Below, one piece after another: positions 35,001 through 38,288 of a stretch of 38,288 nucleotides of DNA. Below the pieces are notes generated by a model. The model was not told the origin of the DNA, ran no database searches, and was given only the letters and a program-made list of their open reading frames with translations. Made by a program: the position numbers and the translations under genes. Source of the stretch: Basidiobolus meristosporus CBS 931.73 (taxonomy: Eukaryota; Fungi; Basidiobolomycota); contig MCFE01000765.1 of assembly GCA_002104905.1 (NCBI GenBank), forward strand, positions 1 to 38,288, in the 5' to 3' direction. The first letter of the stretch is position 1, and every line of letters begins with the position of its first letter.

Positions 35001-36597
35001 TGATCTTATTATAGCCGCCAATAACCTAGAAACATTGGAAGAGACTAAATCCAGCCTATCTAAGGAGTTCAAGATGTTTGATTTAGGAGAACTTAGTTAC
35101 TAGACTTGTTCCATTGGATAGTGCCACATTGGGCCATGAGTGCCAAATGATGCCATAGTGTGTCAGAGAGACCAAGTGAGCCTATACTTGGCCACAGAGT
35201 GTGAAAAATAGCTCTGCATCTTCATGCAAATCCACCCCTGTGTTTCACCCATTGTGTTGGAGAAAATCCATTTTTTGATGTTTTTTTTAGGTCAATGTTG
35301 TGCAGAATGTGTAAGAGCACAGAAGAGCTGAACACATGCATCAGGTACTCAATACCCATGGCACTCTGAATCTAGCTCCTGTGGCTTGTAACATGTCACA
35401 AAAGTGCATGGCACTATCTTGGTCCACTGGTACTATCTGGCACTATATTTAATTATTAGCCTTAAAGTAAGATCTATACAAAGCACTTATAGTGCCAGAT
35501 AGTACCAGTGAACCAAGATAGTGCCATGCACTTTTGTGACATGTTACAAGCCACAGGAGCTAGATTCAGAGTGCCATGGGTATTGAGTACCTGATGCATG
35601 TGTTCAGTTCTTCTGTGCTCTTACACATCCTGCACAACATTGACCTAAAAAAAACATCAAAAAATGGATTTTCCCCTGCATCATTGGTGAAATACAGGGG
35701 CTGCTTGGCATGAGGATGCAAAGCTATGTGTCACACTCTGTGGCCAAGTATAGGTTCACTTGGCCTCTATGGCACCCTATGGCTTCATTTGGCACTCATG
35801 GCTCAATGTGGCACTATCCAATGGAACAAGTCTACTACTTAGGGATTAAGTTCTCCATAGAGAGAAGTACCCAGACTATCACCCTAAGTCAATCCAAGTA
35901 TATTCAAGATATACTAATGAAGTACAAAATGGAAGACTGTAAACCGGCAGCTACCCCAATGGAGACAAACCTTAACTTGGTCAAAACTCAACCAAATCAA
36001 GAGAGCTTGGTGACATCTGAAAGCCCTGACTTTCCTTATCAATCTATGGTTGGCAGTCTGATGTATATCATGCTTGGAACACGTCCAGATATCTCATATT
36101 CAGTGGGAGTTGTCAGCCAACATAATCAGAATTATGGATCTGATCATATTGCAGCAGTTAAGCGGATTTTTAGATACCTAAAAGGAACTGCTGATATCTG
36201 CTTAAGATATACTTATAAGGATTCTGAACAGGAACTTGTGGGATACTCTGATGCTGATTGGGGACAAAATTTAGAAGACAGAAGATCCACCACAGGATAC
36301 ACCTTTCTTTACTGTAAAGGAGCAATATCATGGAATTCAAGAAAGCAACCAACCATAACACTTTCCACCACAGAGGCAGAGTATATGGCAGCCTGTGAAG
36401 CTACAAAAGAAGCAATGTGGTTAAGAAAGATTTTTACAGATTTAGGCCTATGTCAAAAAACGGCTATTACTTTATTTCAAGACAATCAAGGATGTATACA
36501 ATTAGGTAGAGATCCAACTTTTCATGCTAGAACCAAGCACATAGATATTAGACATCATTTCATACGTGAAGCTATAGAGAATAACTTAGTTAGTTCT
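32003..36597 (+). pseudogene. Copia gag-pol, copy 2, disrupted
   Basis: Same domain set as copy 1; stops at 32300, 33319 and 34015; 1-bp deletion near 32410; foldback insertion in RT. Confidence 0.95.
35102..35833. mobile_element. Foldback non-autonomous DNA transposon (732 bp; 346-bp arms, 40-bp spacer)
   Basis: AGACTTGTTCCAT...ATGGAACAAGTCT, ACT/ACT TSD; empty site gttACTacttaggg seen in copy 1 at about 4293-4306; spacer inverted relative to the 12004 copy. Confidence 0.95.
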
Positions 36598-36959
36598 TGT
36601 ACAGGCAAAGATACTTTTCTGTCTTTGTAACTATTGACCACAGCTGCATTCTTATCAAGTCCCTGCTGGTGGAGTTTACAGTTGTTTTGACTTTGGAAGC
36701 TTTAGTACATTGTCATCTCATAGGACGCTGAACCCAGCACATACTTTTGTTAAGACGCCAACTAAGTTGGGGATTGTAGCTCAATAGTTTTCCCTTGACA
36801 AGCTTGTGGCTTTATTCCCCTACACATTAGATTAGAGACAGAACCCAAGTATTCCTAGCAAGCTTTTGCCAGAGGATATTGCACCCTGTGAAAACCACAC
36901 ACACAAAGCACTTGAGAGGTGTTGGACGTATCTCTCCCTTGGACCTATACACCACCGCA
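36598..36959 (+). repeat. Probable 3' part of an LTR of the second LTR family
   Basis: Last ~90 bp resemble 10570-10645 (gagg.tattgcaccc ... tacaccaccgca vs tacaccaccaca); the upstream part is not clearly alignable. Confidence 0.55.
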
Positions 36960-36994
36960 ACGGTATTGTACTAGTGGCATCATGGAAGAAATTT

Positions 36995-37082
36995 GAGTGC
37001 CAGATGGTGTCATAGAGTGACAGATCAGTCCTACACTATAAATCTACTGGCACTCTGGGGCACTATCTAACAGAACAAGTCC
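36995..37082. mobile_element. Right end of another AGACTTGTTC-family element
   Basis: gtgccag/tggcac motifs and the terminus gcactatctaacagaacaagtcc, followed by AGT. Confidence 0.75.
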
Positions 37083-37309
37083 AGTGAGTGTATGGGATCA
37101 TAAAGTGAGAGAATTGGCAGAGGACCAATCAAAAGCCACTTATGTATTTTTGTGATGAGAAAATTTAAAGTAGTTATTTGTGAAATCTTAGGTGCAATAT
37201 TTTCTCAGTGGTCTCTGAATGACAACCATATGCAATCCATACCTCCAAGTCACAGTACTTTATTTTGTGATGGCCATTTGATGGGATGATTACAATTATT
37301 TTGCATAGG
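37083..37309 (+). mobile_element. CACTA-like right subterminal region and terminus
   Basis: Homologous to 13730-13958; ends ttttgCATAGG. Confidence 0.85.
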
Positions 37310-38288
37310 AAACAGTGAATTAAACCAAATAGGAAATAGTGTTACAAACATGTGTATATGTGGTATCAACGCTTTATTTAGAATGCCTAGTATCATGGAT
37401 TATCATTGTATCTTACATTCTTTTATGTACAATGTCTCCAATACAGGGCTAGCTTAAATTCACATGAGTATTGACCAAGAAGTGATAGAATAGCATTAAA
37501 TTGTTGAAGGTCAAGCTGCTTGCCCCATGGACAGACTACTTTGATTCAACACTGTAAGTGAAGAGCAAAAAGACCATGAGGCTATTGTAGCAAGCCACTT
37601 CACCATGAAGTGTGCAGAAAGCATAGAAAATATTACAATGATCATGGCCAGTGTTTTGCCACACAAGTCATATTTGACCATTCACCAGTCACTTCTGTGC
37701 CAACACTATCTTGCTGACCACTTGATACTTCTATGTTGGCACCTAGCCAGACTTGTCACCTTGCACAATCTGAGCCAGATAAGTTTGTGATGCCTTTAGG
37801 CTCACCCCAGCTTTCTGAACATGACCCTCAGAGTAATAGCTCTCAAGAAGCAGACTCACTGATGGATTGTGAGCCTTTCTTCCCTTGCAATAGAACCCTA
37901 CATGAACCTGGCTATGTCACATTATGCAATGAGACAACATCCCTGAAAAAAAAGCCAAGGATACTTCATGGAGTCAGGTGAGCCCAGTAATCCATCTACT
38001 GGTGAATAATGTGAAGTTATGGCAAGAGAAGTGGCAGGTTTCCACTAGCATTGCCTATTGCACTTTAAGGATTTACTACAACTTCCTGACAAAATTATCC
38101 TGGGATGTAAAATACCATGTACATGGTAAATATGAATAACCATACTAAATGGATGTCAAAACAGCCTTTCTAGATCAGGATTGGCAAGAAACTATATATG
38201 GTGCAACCACAAGGTTTTACCAGTACACAAGGCCCCCATAGGGTGTGTAGACTTGAGATATTGTTGTATGTGCTCAAGCAGGCACCTA
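37310..38288 (+). mobile_element. Inverted CACTA-like copy: intergenic region and transposase N-terminus on plus
   Basis: Reverse complement of about 8250-9205; runs off the window. Confidence 0.85.

Larger units (their letters stand above)
31650..36597 (+). mobile_element. Ty1/copia copy 2 (5' LTR 31650-31998, PBS 31999-32010), 3' end lost
   Basis: Same family as 849-5528; ends abruptly in RNase H at ...ENNLVS. Confidence 0.96.

Noticed and set aside
35099-35836. Foldback plus TSD adds 735 bp (a multiple of 3), preserving the RT frame
   Set aside because: The insertion creates an in-frame TAG at 35101-35103, so no fusion protein results. A 1-in-3 coincidence.
1518-36361. Many 60-130 aa ORFs on the opposite strand or in alternative frames (e.g. 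1682-1933, 2726-2914, 12026-12262, 32483-32734)
   Set aside because: They are shadows of TE coding regions or of the foldback arms and recur only because the underlying repeats recur. There is no independent evidence that they are genes.
36975-36985. TGGCATCATGG as a PBS after an LTR
   Set aside because: It lies 15 nt from the best-supported LTR end (36959), I cannot match it to a tRNA 3' end, and it resembles the TGGCAC motifs of the adjacent PHIS fragment.

Overview
The window is a eukaryotic, fungal-looking block made entirely of nested, decayed transposable elements. I found no host gene, tRNA, rRNA or CRISPR array. CpG is strongly depleted (about 3 CpG in the first 1,000 bp, counted by eye). 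Five TE families account for essentially all of it. (1) A Ty1/copia family with ~348-bp LTRs (TGTTG...CAACA) and a GGTTATGAGCCC half-tRNA(iMet)-type PBS: two near-complete but dead copies (849-5528 and 31650-36597) plus many LTR and coding fragments, several nested in each other. (2) A Ty3/gypsy family with a 744-bp LTR (TGTTAT...ATAACA), present as two head-to-head copies (24610-27739 minus, 27740-31173 plus). (3) A second LTR family seen only as LTRs (9847-10645, 31174-31649, probably 36598-36959). (4) A CACTA/EnSpm-like DNA transposon of ~5.8 kb net, with unusual CCTATG termini and a Tnp2-type transposase divergent from an unrecognised accessory gene, in many fragments. (5) A PIF/Harbinger-ISL2EU-type (PHIS) DNA transposon family with AGACTTGTTC termini and ANT target duplications. 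It includes a transposase-coding copy with a second unknown ORF, 210-bp MITEs carrying a 10-bp-phased TGGCAC array, and 732-734-bp near-perfect foldback elements inserted into copia copies. The best candidates for undescribed systems are families 4 and 5. Coordinates were read by eye; termini, PBS and TSD positions are to the base, and internal pseudogene limits are approximate.
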